Source: Treponema sp.
Lineage (GTDB): Bacteria; Spirochaetota; Spirochaetia; Treponematales; Treponemataceae
NCBI GenBank assembly: GCA_017548565.1
Contig: JAFYZU010000010.1
Span: 80,965 to 144,964 of the forward strand
Direction: 5' to 3'
DNA length: 64,000 nucleotides
The number at the start of each line of letters is the position of its first letter. The first letter of the stretch is position 1. Both the position numbers and the translations under genes were made by a program. This document shows positions 49,622-58,249 of this stretch, piece by piece. The notes under the pieces are model-generated. The model searched no databases. It saw only the letters and a program-made list of their open reading frames with translations, and was not told where the DNA came from.

Positions 49622-50404
49622 TTAATCCTTTAAGATATCCTGTTCAACAGCTTTTCTTGTAACAGGATCAAGATATGTAAGAAGCTTCTGTCCCATGATA
49701 CGAGGGTTTTCACCGGCCTGAATAGCAAGTACACCTTCAACAATCATTTCTTTAACTCTGATTTCCTGTGCATTATGACCAAGGAGCTTTGTCGCAAAAG
49801 GAGCGATTAACCAGTTTGCCATGAAAGATCCGTACAAGGTAGTAATCAAGGCAACGGCCATATTAGGACCAAGAGAAGACTTATCTTCAAGGTTCTGAAG
49901 CATACCAATAAGTCCGAGAACGGTACCCATCATACCAAAACCAGGAGCAAAACCGGCCCAGGCATTGATTAAACCGATCCATTCCATATGTCTTGCTTCT
50001 ATCTGATTCATCTCGTTTTCCATAATGGCACGGATGATATTTCCGTCAGTACCGTCGACTACAAGGCGTAGACCCATTTTCATAAAAGGATCTTCAAGAT
50101 CTTCAAGCTGATCTTCAAGTGCAAGAATACCTTCACGACGTGCTTTTTCTGAAAGTGCCTGCAGACTGCTTATGATTGTTTTTTCTCCGAAATCCGGTAC
50201 TTTAAAGGTTCTTCCCATTACCTTAAGCATACCTATTACTTTTTTTAACGGAGCAGATACCCACATTGAAAAGTAAGAACCAAGAACAGTCATTAAAACA
50301 GAAGGAATGTTCCAGATGTTCCTTAAGTGACCGCCTGAGGTGAGCGTTGACATGATAATCATGGCAAGACCGCCGACAATACCGATTATTGTAGATATAT
50401 CCAT
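49622..50404 (-). CDS. motA: Flagellar stator protein MotA
   Basis: ARREGILAL, APGFGMMGTVLGL and ALITTLYG. Confidence 0.96.
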   Translation of the reverse strand: MDISTIIGIVGGLAMIIMSTLTSGGHLRNIWNIPSVLMTVLGSYFSMWVSAPLKKVIGMLKVMGRTFKVPDFGEKTIISSLQALSEKARREGILALEDQLEDLEDPFMKMGLRLVVDGTDGNIIRAIMENEMNQIEARHMEWIGLINAWAGFAPGFGMMGTVLGLIGMLQNLEDKSSLGPNMAVALITTLYGSFMANWLIAPFATKLLGHNAQEIRVKEMIVEGVLAIQAGENPRIMGQKLLTYLDPVTRKAVEQDILKD

Positions 50405-50604
50405 TACAAAACCTCTTGCTTATCTATACCGAGTTTTCTTCGATAATCAATAATTTTCTGTATAATTTCTTCGGGGGAATTTCGGACAATGATTTTTTTA
50501 CCCGATAACATTGATAATGTTAAATCAGGAGTAGATTCCATACTTTCGATCATGTGCGGATTCACCCAATAAATTTTCCCATCTAACCGCATTACATCTA
50601 TCAT
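50404..50604 (-). CDS. flbD: Flagellar FlbD family protein
   Basis: MIDVMRLDG...VNPHMIESME...IIVRNS pattern; immediately upstream of motA. Confidence 0.92.
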   Translation of the reverse strand: MIDVMRLDGKIYWVNPHMIESMESTPDLTLSMLSGKKIIVRNSPEEIIQKIIDYRRKLGIDKQEVL

Positions 50605-50616
50605 TTTGTTACTACT

Positions 50617-50644
50617 ATTATAATCGGATTTTATATTATTTCAA
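50617..50644 (-). promoter_or_regulatory. Sigma70-type promoter of the flbD-mot-fli operon
   Basis: TTGAAA (50644-50639), 16 nt, TATAAT (50622-50617), 12 nt before the ATG; no SD. Confidence 0.55.
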
Positions 50645-50647
50645 TAA

Positions 50648-50696
50648 ATAATTTTTATCAAATGCGAATTTTTTTATTAATAATGATAAAAATTAT
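50648..50696. repeat. 13-bp perfect inverted repeat with a 23-nt spacer (possible hemW terminator or operator)
   Basis: ATAATTTTTATCA (50648-50660) / TGATAAAAATTAT (50684-50696). Confidence 0.4.
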
Positions 50697-50703
50697 GCAT
50701 AAA

Positions 50704-51861
50704 TCAGTGAATTTCTTCTAAAAACCGGTTCAAAAATAACATTCCGTCGGAATTAAGCGCAAAATACCCGTTTTTTTCCTGAGCAAGATTTTTTTTCTTC
50801 CATTGCTCAAAAACTTCCAGAAATCGTGAAGGAAGCGGTCTTTTGAAAAAGCTTAAGAACTTTTCGCGTGAAATTCCACGTCTTGTCCTGAACCCCATCA
50901 TGAAAAACTCAAATTCAAGTGTTTTTTCATCAAGAAATTCGGTTTGCTGAGGAATGTTTTTTTCTTCCGGAGACGACATCCAGAAACTGATATATCCGTT
51001 AATATCATCCGTATTCGTAAAACGAACAGTGTCCATATTACCATAAACTGTAGAGCTTGCCCCGCTGCCTGCTCCAATGTAAGATTCCAAAGACCAGTAA
51101 GTCATATTATGACGGCTGTAAAAATCATCACGGCAGAAATTTGAAATTTCATATTGAACATAACCGCTTTTCAAAAGGACATCTTTTGCCTTTAACCAAA
51201 GCGAATCTGAAAAATCATAATCATATTTAATTTTACCCGACTGTATTTTATCAAAAAGTACAGTTCCCTCTTCTACCGTAAGACTGTACATTGAAATATG
51301 ATGAGGCTTATATTCAATTATATCATTTACTGCCTGTAAAAAAGATTTTTCTGTTTCATAAGGAAGTCCACAGATTAAATCAACGCTTATCTGGCCATTC
51401 CATTTTTCTCTGATAAGCCTGATTGCATCAAGATTTTTTTTCTTATCTGCACGCCTATGTATAAATTTTAATACATCATCACAAAGAGACTGAATTCCAA
51501 GCGAAAGACGATTCACACCGCAGCCGGATAAAACTTCAAGAAGGGACAGGTTTATATCATCAGGATTTGCTTCAAAAGTAATTTCAATATCATCTGATAA
51601 AATGAAATTCTTTCGGATAAAATCAAATATAAACCTTATCTGCTTTTCAGAAAGAAGGCTTGGTGTTCCTCCTCCGATATAAATTGTCTTCAAAATATGT
51701 ATATTGTATTGTTTTTTTCTGTAAAGAAGTTCACTGCAAAGCGCTTTGATATAATCATCGGGGATTTTTTTATCCTGACATTTTATACTGAAAAAATCGC
51801 AGTAATCACATTTTGAAATACAGAAAGGAATATGAATATAAAGCGAAAGAGAATTATCCAT
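50704..51861 (-). CDS. hemW: Radical SAM heme chaperone HemW
   Basis: YIHIPFC, CxxxCxxC (CISKCDYC), YIGGGTPS, YEISNF and the HNMTYW (HNxxYW) HemW hallmark. Confidence 0.9.
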   Translation of the reverse strand: MDNSLSLYIHIPFCISKCDYCDFFSIKCQDKKIPDDYIKALCSELLYRKKQYNIHILKTIYIGGGTPSLLSEKQIRFIFDFIRKNFILSDDIEITFEANPDDINLSLLEVLSGCGVNRLSLGIQSLCDDVLKFIHRRADKKKNLDAIRLIREKWNGQISVDLICGLPYETEKSFLQAVNDIIEYKPHHISMYSLTVEEGTVLFDKIQSGKIKYDYDFSDSLWLKAKDVLLKSGYVQYEISNFCRDDFYSRHNMTYWSLESYIGAGSGASSTVYGNMDTVRFTNTDDINGYISFWMSSPEEKNIPQQTEFLDEKTLEFEFFMMGFRTRRGISREKFLSFFKRPLPSRFLEVFEQWKKKNLAQEKNGYFALNSDGMLFLNRFLEEIH

Positions 51862-52559
51862 TAATAAAGTTTGAAATCAGAAAACGGAAAATATGCTGCA
51901 AAAACACATCCCTTTATATCATCCTGCTTTACCGGTCCATAAAGTCTTGAATCGAGCGTTGAATATCTGTTGTCGCATAAAACAAAATATTCATCCTCTT
52001 TTAAAGTGATTTTATCAAAGCTGTCTGAAATACCGATTGCCTGTTCCCATCCATCAGGAAGCTCTTTTGTCTGAATATCATAGGTTGTTTTTGTAAGCTC
52101 AAATTCCGAAAGAAAATAATTGCTGTCAGAATGTTTAACATAAACAACACCATTATTCATATAGATTGTATCGCCCGGAGTACCGACAATTCTTCTTAAA
52201 GAAGGATAAGTACCGGCAAAGCTTTTATCTTCAATCAGATTTTTCTGCTGGGCTGTAAAAAAAGAACAGATTCTTGAGGCAAACCTTACAATTTTTTTTC
52301 TTGGAAGCTCTGTTCGTGGTTTTAACAGAACTGCATCACCGACCTGTGGATTTTTATTCGTAAGATTAATCATTATAAAGGAATTTTCACGGAAATTAGG
52401 AGTCATTGAATCAGAAACCTGACGTACCGGCATAAAAAAAAGTTTTATTACAACATTTATTATTATGATGGCAATGAGAAAACAGACAACGAGATATGTA
52501 TTTTTACGTTGTTTTTCTTTTCGTAAAGTATATGAAAGTTCAAATAACCGCTTGTTCAT
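51861..52559 (-). CDS. lepB: Signal peptidase I family protein (catalytic Lys position is Arg)
   Basis: TM, SDSMTP box B, LRRIVGTPGD box D, and FVLCDNR...DSRLYG box E. Confidence 0.85.
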   Translation of the reverse strand: MNKRLFELSYTLRKEKQRKNTYLVVCFLIAIIIINVVIKLFFMPVRQVSDSMTPNFRENSFIMINLTNKNPQVGDAVLLKPRTELPRKKIVRFASRICSFFTAQQKNLIEDKSFAGTYPSLRRIVGTPGDTIYMNNGVVYVKHSDSNYFLSEFELTKTTYDIQTKELPDGWEQAIGISDSFDKITLKEDEYFVLCDNRYSTLDSRLYGPVKQDDIKGCVFAAYFPFSDFKLY

Positions 52560-52627
52560 TTATTAATCCGTACAATATTAAAATAACATATTATCTGATG
52601 TTCTTCAATATTCAATTTAACAGTTGA

Positions 52628-53203
52628 TTAAGCGGGAGTATAAACTACTGCAAGAATTTTTGCCTTACTGTTTCCATGACTGTGAACGTGATGGGCAACG
52701 ATTGATTCATAATAAATTGAATCTCCGGTTTTAAGCTCATATTTATCTTTACCGTAAAGGATTTCTACTTCACCCTCAAGCACATAAATAAATTCTTCAC
52801 CTTCATGTGTAGAAAGTTTAACTTCTTCTTCTGATGAAGGAAAAATATCAATGATAAAAGGATCCATATGACGGCCTGCTTTATTCTGTGCAAGCGTATA
52901 AAAATCAAGATCTGAATTAACTGCATTTCCTCTGTCAGAAAAACGTGTCACTTCTTTTTTATCCTGAGCGCGTGCAATGACAGGACCTAAATTTTCGTCA
53001 TCATCCATAAATGTTCCAAGTCTTACGCCAAGCACACGTGCTATCTTAATCAGAGGAGTAAGATTAGGAACAAGACTTCCGTTTTCAATGCTTGTAATCT
53101 GTTCTACGCTTAAATTTGTTCTTTCACTTACATCTTCAATTGAAAGCTTTCTGTTTTCTCTGACTAATTTTACTTTTGCACCGATTTTATTTTTTTCACT
53201 CAT
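52628..53203 (-). CDS. XRE-family HTH plus cupin transcriptional regulator
   Basis: HTH with IENG...IKIARVLGV; STHEGEEFIYVLEG cupin; 1-nt overlap with the upstream gene. Confidence 0.92.
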   Translation of the reverse strand: MSEKNKIGAKVKLVRENRKLSIEDVSERTNLSVEQITSIENGSLVPNLTPLIKIARVLGVRLGTFMDDDENLGPVIARAQDKKEVTRFSDRGNAVNSDLDFYTLAQNKAGRHMDPFIIDIFPSSEEEVKLSTHEGEEFIYVLEGEVEILYGKDKYELKTGDSIYYESIVAHHVHSHGNSKAKILAVVYTPA

Positions 53204-53763
53204 TATTTTCCACCTTGAATTTCGTATTCCCTGTTATATGCCGCTTCAATTGTTGCAATATTAATAGGATTGAATTTTTTATTTCTTGCAGATATTGCTT
53301 CATCAAGAGCAAATTCAAATGGTTTTGGACCACTTATCATACCGTTAATTACTTTTGCAAGACAGCCCAGAACAACCATATTTGCACCACGAGGATTATT
53401 TGTTTCTGCTGCCAGTTCATTGCATGGTAAAGCAAGAAACCTTATGTCATTTCTCTGCGGTTTTATATCAATAAGACTCGAATTATAAATAAGAAGTCCA
53501 CCCTTTTTCAAAAGTGATTCAAATTTTGTCATACTCGGTTTATTGAGTGCTACGACAACATCCGGCTGTTCTATAACGGGAGATGCAACTTCTTCATCGC
53601 TTACAATAACCGAACAGTTGGCAGTACCACCGCGCATTTCTGCCCCGTAAGAAGGAATATGCGATACAAATTTCTGTTCACTCATACCGGCAAGTGCAAG
53701 AATTTTGCCTGCAAGGATTACTCCCTGACCTCCGAATCCTGCAAAAATTATTTCTGTTGTCAT
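53203..53763 (-). CDS. 2-oxoacid:ferredoxin oxidoreductase gamma subunit
   Basis: AGFGGQGV and SYGAEMRGG. Confidence 0.94.
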   Translation of the reverse strand: MTTEIIFAGFGGQGVILAGKILALAGMSEQKFVSHIPSYGAEMRGGTANCSVIVSDEEVASPVIEQPDVVVALNKPSMTKFESLLKKGGLLIYNSSLIDIKPQRNDIRFLALPCNELAAETNNPRGANMVVLGCLAKVINGMISGPKPFEFALDEAISARNKKFNPINIATIEAAYNREYEIQGGK

Positions 53764-54554
53764 TTTGCACCTCCTACAACGCCGGCAGTTGGTTTTGCTG
53801 CTTCAGGCACATTTCCTGCAGGAACATCCCTGAAAACCCCAAGCGGATAATATGGTTCCATCGCATCCTTTACCCATTGTGCTGCGGCAACAGGAGTAAC
53901 ACCCCAGTTAGTCGGACACATTGAAAGGATTTCAACAAATGAATATCCCTTCCCTTCCTTTTGATATGTAAGGGCTTTTTTAATAGCCGCCTTTGTCTGA
54001 TTTATATGCTTGACGTCATAAACGGCACATCGTTCGATATATTTTGGTTCAACGAGGGTATTGATTATTTCACAAGCCCTTATAGGATAACCTACATCAT
54101 CTGCATTTCGTCCATATGGGGTAGTTTTCGTGACCTGTCCTACGAGAGATGTCGGTGCCATCTGACCGCCTGTCATACCGTAAATTGCATTGTTTATAAA
54201 AATTACGGTAATATTTTCACCACGATTTGCCGCATGTACTGTTTCTGCAGTACCGATTGCAAGGAGATCTCCATCACCCTGATAACTTATAACGATTTTA
54301 TCCGGATGAACTCTTTTCAAGCCTGTTGCAACTGCAGGTGCACGACCATGAGCCGCTTCACACGAATCAACATTGATATAATTGTATGCATAAACTGCAC
54401 AACCAACCGGCGCTACAAGAAGAACGTCATTCTGAATATTCATCTCATCTATAACCTGAGCAATAAGTTTGTGAACAATTCCATGTCCGCAGCCGGCACA
54501 ATAATGAGTTTTAACATCTTTCATCGATCGTGGAAATTCATATTTTTTAGACAT
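53760..54554 (-). CDS. 2-oxoacid:ferredoxin oxidoreductase beta (TPP-binding) subunit
   Basis: YCAGCGH, HGRA, QGDGD, NNAIYGMTGGQ and CP. Confidence 0.94.
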   Translation of the reverse strand: MSKKYEFPRSMKDVKTHYCAGCGHGIVHKLIAQVIDEMNIQNDVLLVAPVGCAVYAYNYINVDSCEAAHGRAPAVATGLKRVHPDKIVISYQGDGDLLAIGTAETVHAANRGENITVIFINNAIYGMTGGQMAPTSLVGQVTKTTPYGRNADDVGYPIRACEIINTLVEPKYIERCAVYDVKHINQTKAAIKKALTYQKEGKGYSFVEILSMCPTNWGVTPVAAAQWVKDAMEPYYPLGVFRDVPAGNVPEAAKPTAGVVGGAK

Positions 54555-55596
54555 AGCTTTTTACCTTCTCAATAATTGCATCTACCTTCGGAATGATTCC
54601 GCCTGGTTCACCATAAAATTCTACATCGCTTACCTGATGCCCGCTGTAAAGCTTTACATCCTGTACCATCTGACCCATTGACATTTCTACAGTAAGAATC
54701 TTTTTTGCCTTTGATGATGCTTTTACGAGCTGTTCTTTCGGGAATGGCCACAAGGTTACCGGTCTGAACAATCCGGCTTTTATTCCCTGTTCACGAAGCA
54801 TCTTTACTGCTTTTTTACATACACGTGCTGCAGTACCATAACCTGTAAGAACTATATCCGCATCATCACACATAAAGGATTCACTGATAGTCTCGTTCTT
54901 CTGGATTTTTTCATAATTATCAAAAAGCTCTTTTGTATGCTTATTAAGATCAAAATCATCACCATTTAATCTTAAAGAAAGTACAATGTTATTATCACGT
55001 TTATCTGTTTTACCTGTTAAAGCCCATGGTTTTGAAGGAAAATCCTTTACATAATCAGGAAGTTCACAAGGTTCACTCATCTGTCCTAAATATCCGTCGC
55101 CTAAAATCATGCATACAACTCGATATTTATCTGCAATCTCAAAGGCTTTTACAGTATAATCTGCCATTTCCTGAACAGTTCCCGGAGCAATAACGACTAC
55201 ATGATAGTCACCGTTTCCGCCGCCACGTGTTGCCTGAAAATAATCGCCCTGTGCACCGCTGATATTTCCAAGACCGGGACCACCTCGCATCATATTTACA
55301 ACAACTGCAGGAAGCTGTGCCCCGGAAAGATATGAAATTCCTTCCTGCTTTAAAGAAATTCCTGGTGAAGATGAAGAAGTCATTGCCCTTGCACCTGCAG
55401 CACTCGCACCCATTACCATATTTATTGCAGCAAGTTCACTTTCTGCCTGTAAAAAAGTACCATGTTCTTCGGGAAGACGCTTTGCCATATATGCAGGAAT
55501 TTCATTCTGCGGTGTAATAGGATAAGCAAAATAAAAACGGCATCCGGCCCTGATTGCGGCCTCTCCGATTGCTTCATTACCTTTCATTAAAACCAT
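54547..55596 (-). CDS. vorB: 2-oxoacid:ferredoxin oxidoreductase alpha subunit, VorB-like (branched-chain 2-oxoacid type)
   Basis: MKGNEAIGEAA, YPITPQNE, QAESE, SSSPG and RGGPGLG; start at 55596 after SD GGAG. Confidence 0.88.
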   Translation of the reverse strand: MVLMKGNEAIGEAAIRAGCRFYFAYPITPQNEIPAYMAKRLPEEHGTFLQAESELAAINMVMGASAAGARAMTSSSSPGISLKQEGISYLSGAQLPAVVVNMMRGGPGLGNISGAQGDYFQATRGGGNGDYHVVVIAPGTVQEMADYTVKAFEIADKYRVVCMILGDGYLGQMSEPCELPDYVKDFPSKPWALTGKTDKRDNNIVLSLRLNGDDFDLNKHTKELFDNYEKIQKNETISESFMCDDADIVLTGYGTAARVCKKAVKMLREQGIKAGLFRPVTLWPFPKEQLVKASSKAKKILTVEMSMGQMVQDVKLYSGHQVSDVEFYGEPGGIIPKVDAIIEKVKSYV

Positions 55597-55606
55597 ATAC
55601 ACTCCA

Positions 55607-55819
55607 TTACAGCTGTTCAATTTCTATTGCACAATCCGGACACATTGTTGCGCAGAACGAACATGCAATACATTCAGCTTCATTTTTACATACAGGATAA
55701 TTAACACCCTGACCGTTAGTTTCTTCTGACATTTCCAAAATATTTTTTGGACAAGAACCGATGCAAAGTTCACATCCCTTGCAGCGCTCTTTATCGATTA
55801 AAGGTCTTCCTTTAGCCAT
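55607..55819 (-). CDS. 2[4Fe-4S] ferredoxin (delta subunit)
   Basis: CKGCELCIGSCP and CIACSFCATMCP. Confidence 0.95.
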   Translation of the reverse strand: MAKGRPLIDKERCKGCELCIGSCPKNILEMSEETNGQGVNYPVCKNEAECIACSFCATMCPDCAIEIEQL

Positions 55820-55837
55820 TTAATACTCCTGAACCTT

Positions 55838-55866
55838 ATATTAAATCAAAATACAAAAGAATACAA
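55838..55866 (-). promoter_or_regulatory. Promoter of the oxidoreductase operon
   Basis: TTGTAT (55866-55861), 17 nt, TAATAT (55843-55838); SD AGGAG. Confidence 0.55.
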
Positions 55867-55878
55867 TACAGTTTTATT

Positions 55879-55905
55879 AAAAAACTTTAATATTATTAAA
55901 GTTTT
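55879..55905 (-). terminator. Probable intrinsic terminator
   Basis: 11-bp perfect stem AAAACTTTAAT / ATTAAAGTTTT ending in a T-run on the - strand. Confidence 0.5.
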
Positions 55906-55910
55906 AAATG

Positions 55911-57476
55911 TTATTTCTTTAGCTTAAACTTTTTCTGTGTAGTGAAAACATAAGGATTATTAACATTCTGCTTATATTCAACCAGATTATCTTCTTTGAT
56001 GTAACCTGTTTCTGCAATAACAATCATAAAGGTTTTAAGCGAAGTTTCTGTAAAATAATATGATGATAAAAACTCTTCATTAGGATTTTTATTTCTGTAG
56101 GCAGTCTTTGAATCTGCTTCACCAATCTTTAAAAGCTCATTACCCCTTATGGAATAATATTTTACCGTAAAATCAGTTTTTGAATTTTCTGTAGTGATAA
56201 CAAGATAAGGAACTGGATTTTCAAGCTCATAGGCAAATCCAAGTTCATAAGAAGTATTATTTACATCAAAAGTAAATTTATCCTTTGAAAAAAGCTTTAA
56301 AAGATAATTATTATTTTTGTCATAAATAACAAAAGATTTTTCCTGAGTATTGAAATCGGTATTAATATAAAGAAATTCCTGTTCACCGTCGTAATCAATA
56401 TCGCATGAAGAAATAAATCCCTTTATTTTTGTTTTGTCAGAAGGTTTTGCGTAAAAATCAGTTACATCAAGCTTTTCAACCTGGGTTTCCTTTATCATTG
56501 AACGGATATATTCAGGTTTTTTGATTTCACAATATTCGCCGCTATACATTTTCTTGTCCCATATATAATCGTATCTTTGTTTAAAACGTGTATTATCTGC
56601 ACAAAGTCCTGAATTGATCAGATTATTTGCATAATCATTGTCATATTTTTTATTTGTAAGTGAATAATACTGAAGAAGATTACGTCCATATTTATCGGTA
56701 TTATAAAAAACAGGTTCATCTACAGAAAGTGCACCCAGATTAATGACGTTTTCAAAAATCTGGTCATTTAATTTAATAGTCCATGCATCCAGAACTTCAA
56801 TATTGACTTTTTCTACGGATGAAGAGCCCTTTGGCGAAAGCTCAAGCTGATTTATTGAAAGGACCTTCCAGTTTCCGTTTTCATTATAACTTCTGTAACT
56901 GTTTCCCTTGATGTAAATACCGCTGAGAGTAAAAAGACAGAAATCCGATGTTTCCTTATTACGCCAGGTTGCTCCCGTAAGAAGGTTTTCTACATTTTTT
57001 TTAGACCAGTTCTGCGGTAAAGTTTTAAGATCCTTCTGATTTTTCGAAAGATAAGCACCAAAAACATACCCTGTATCTGATCCGGCACTTTTCTGAAGAT
57101 AACGGGGAATATAAATCTTTACCCAATAAGATTCAAGATTATCGACTGTTTCCTGTTTTCCAAGTTTAAGGATTTTTACAGGCATGTTAAGCGGAACGTT
57201 ACACAAAAGCTTTGAAGTAACATTTTCATCTTTCCTTACATTAATGCCTGATATTGAGCCGACGAACATTGTACTTTTAAGACTGTAATTTTCATTTTTA
57301 AAGAATTCCTCGTTCTTAAAGTCATCGCATTTCTTGTAATACGACACTGTATCACCCGCGCCTTTAAACTCTTCTTTAATCTGATTAAAACCGTCTTTTA
57401 CTGTATTCCATACGTCTGCAGCAAAAACACAATTAAATAAACTCAAAGAAATAATAATGTTAATGATTTTTTTCAT
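55911..57476 (-). CDS. Secreted protein with an SH3b-like domain
   Basis: Signal peptide; INVRKDENVTSKLLCNVPLNMPVKIL...YWVKI (SH3b-like); DIDYDG Ca-binding-like motif. Confidence 0.7.
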   Translation of the reverse strand: MKKIINIIISLSLFNCVFAADVWNTVKDGFNQIKEEFKGAGDTVSYYKKCDDFKNEEFFKNENYSLKSTMFVGSISGINVRKDENVTSKLLCNVPLNMPVKILKLGKQETVDNLESYWVKIYIPRYLQKSAGSDTGYVFGAYLSKNQKDLKTLPQNWSKKNVENLLTGATWRNKETSDFCLFTLSGIYIKGNSYRSYNENGNWKVLSINQLELSPKGSSSVEKVNIEVLDAWTIKLNDQIFENVINLGALSVDEPVFYNTDKYGRNLLQYYSLTNKKYDNDYANNLINSGLCADNTRFKQRYDYIWDKKMYSGEYCEIKKPEYIRSMIKETQVEKLDVTDFYAKPSDKTKIKGFISSCDIDYDGEQEFLYINTDFNTQEKSFVIYDKNNNYLLKLFSKDKFTFDVNNTSYELGFAYELENPVPYLVITTENSKTDFTVKYYSIRGNELLKIGEADSKTAYRNKNPNEEFLSSYYFTETSLKTFMIVIAETGYIKEDNLVEYKQNVNNPYVFTTQKKFKLKK

Positions 57477-57494
57477 TTTTCCATCCTTAAATCA

Positions 57495-58202
57495 TTAGAA
57501 ATTGAACCATTGTGCGGCAGTCTGATCTGCAGTCTGCAATAAAAGCACAAGAGGATTCTGTAAAATTACTGAATAATTATAACTTTCTGATTCAGATAAA
57601 TCGGAAAAGCCCATGTGACGGCTTACTGCTTCAAGAACAGGCCTGTTGTCTATGAGAGACGGCATTATCTTAAGCATAATCAGCACTGATTCATTTCCGT
57701 GACCTAAATTCCGGCTTTCACTTTTTGTTTTATAAAAAGGCTTTTTTATCCAGTTACCGTTCAAATCCTTTGCATTACGGTATTCGATTTCATAAAAATT
57801 TGTTTTACAGAAATCATGGCATAAGGCACATAAAAAAATATCCTTTGCAGTGACGGTATAGTTTTCTGCCTCAGGAGAAGTAAAGAAATTCGAAAGCATC
57901 GGCTGTGCAAAAATAAGTGACTGTCTTATTACCATAAAGGTATGACAGGCAAGTCCTCCCTTAAAATCACCATGGAATTTCGTAGAGGCAGGAGCTGTAT
58001 AAAAGTCTGAAGTTTCAAGAAACTGTAAAAGCTTTTCAATTTCATTTTTATCTTTTACGATGAATTTAATCATTTCGGTAACTGCAGGTTTTACTGCTTC
58101 AACAACCAGTGAAGATGATTGAGTAAGCGGACAGTATTCATTGCAGATATCTGTCAATTCGTTTATTTCTTCGAACAATTCGTGCTTTTCTTCTTCTGTC
58201 AT
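57495..58202 (-). CDS. HD domain phosphohydrolase (YhaM-like HD domain without the OB fold)
   Basis: FYTAPASTKFH...GGLACHT, LCHDFCK, GHG, HMG and AD motifs. Confidence 0.85.
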   Translation of the reverse strand: MTEEEKHELFEEINELTDICNEYCPLTQSSSLVVEAVKPAVTEMIKFIVKDKNEIEKLLQFLETSDFYTAPASTKFHGDFKGGLACHTFMVIRQSLIFAQPMLSNFFTSPEAENYTVTAKDIFLCALCHDFCKTNFYEIEYRNAKDLNGNWIKKPFYKTKSESRNLGHGNESVLIMLKIMPSLIDNRPVLEAVSRHMGFSDLSESESYNYSVILQNPLVLLLQTADQTAAQWFNF

Positions 58203-58208
58203 ATTCTA

Positions 58209-58237
58209 AAGATAATAAATTTTTAATTAAAATTCAA
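58209..58237 (-). promoter_or_regulatory. Probable promoter of the HD gene, leaderless geometry
   Basis: TTGAAT (58237-58232), 17 nt, TATCTT (58214-58209), 6 nt, ATG. Confidence 0.5.
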
Positions 58238-58249
58238 TTTATTGTATTA

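Noticed and set aside
50620-50650. Sigma-28 promoter upstream of flbD (TCCGATTA resembles GCCGATAA)
   Set aside because: There is no TAAA at the 15-16-nt spacing, and a sigma70 pair fits better.
50704-51861. HemN coproporphyrinogen oxidase (heme synthesis)
   Set aside because: The HNxxYW motif and short N-terminus indicate HemW, and no other hem genes are in the window.
53961-54575. 204-aa + strand ORF
   Set aside because: It lies antisense to a well-supported oxidoreductase subunit, has no motifs and no SD, and is a shadow ORF.
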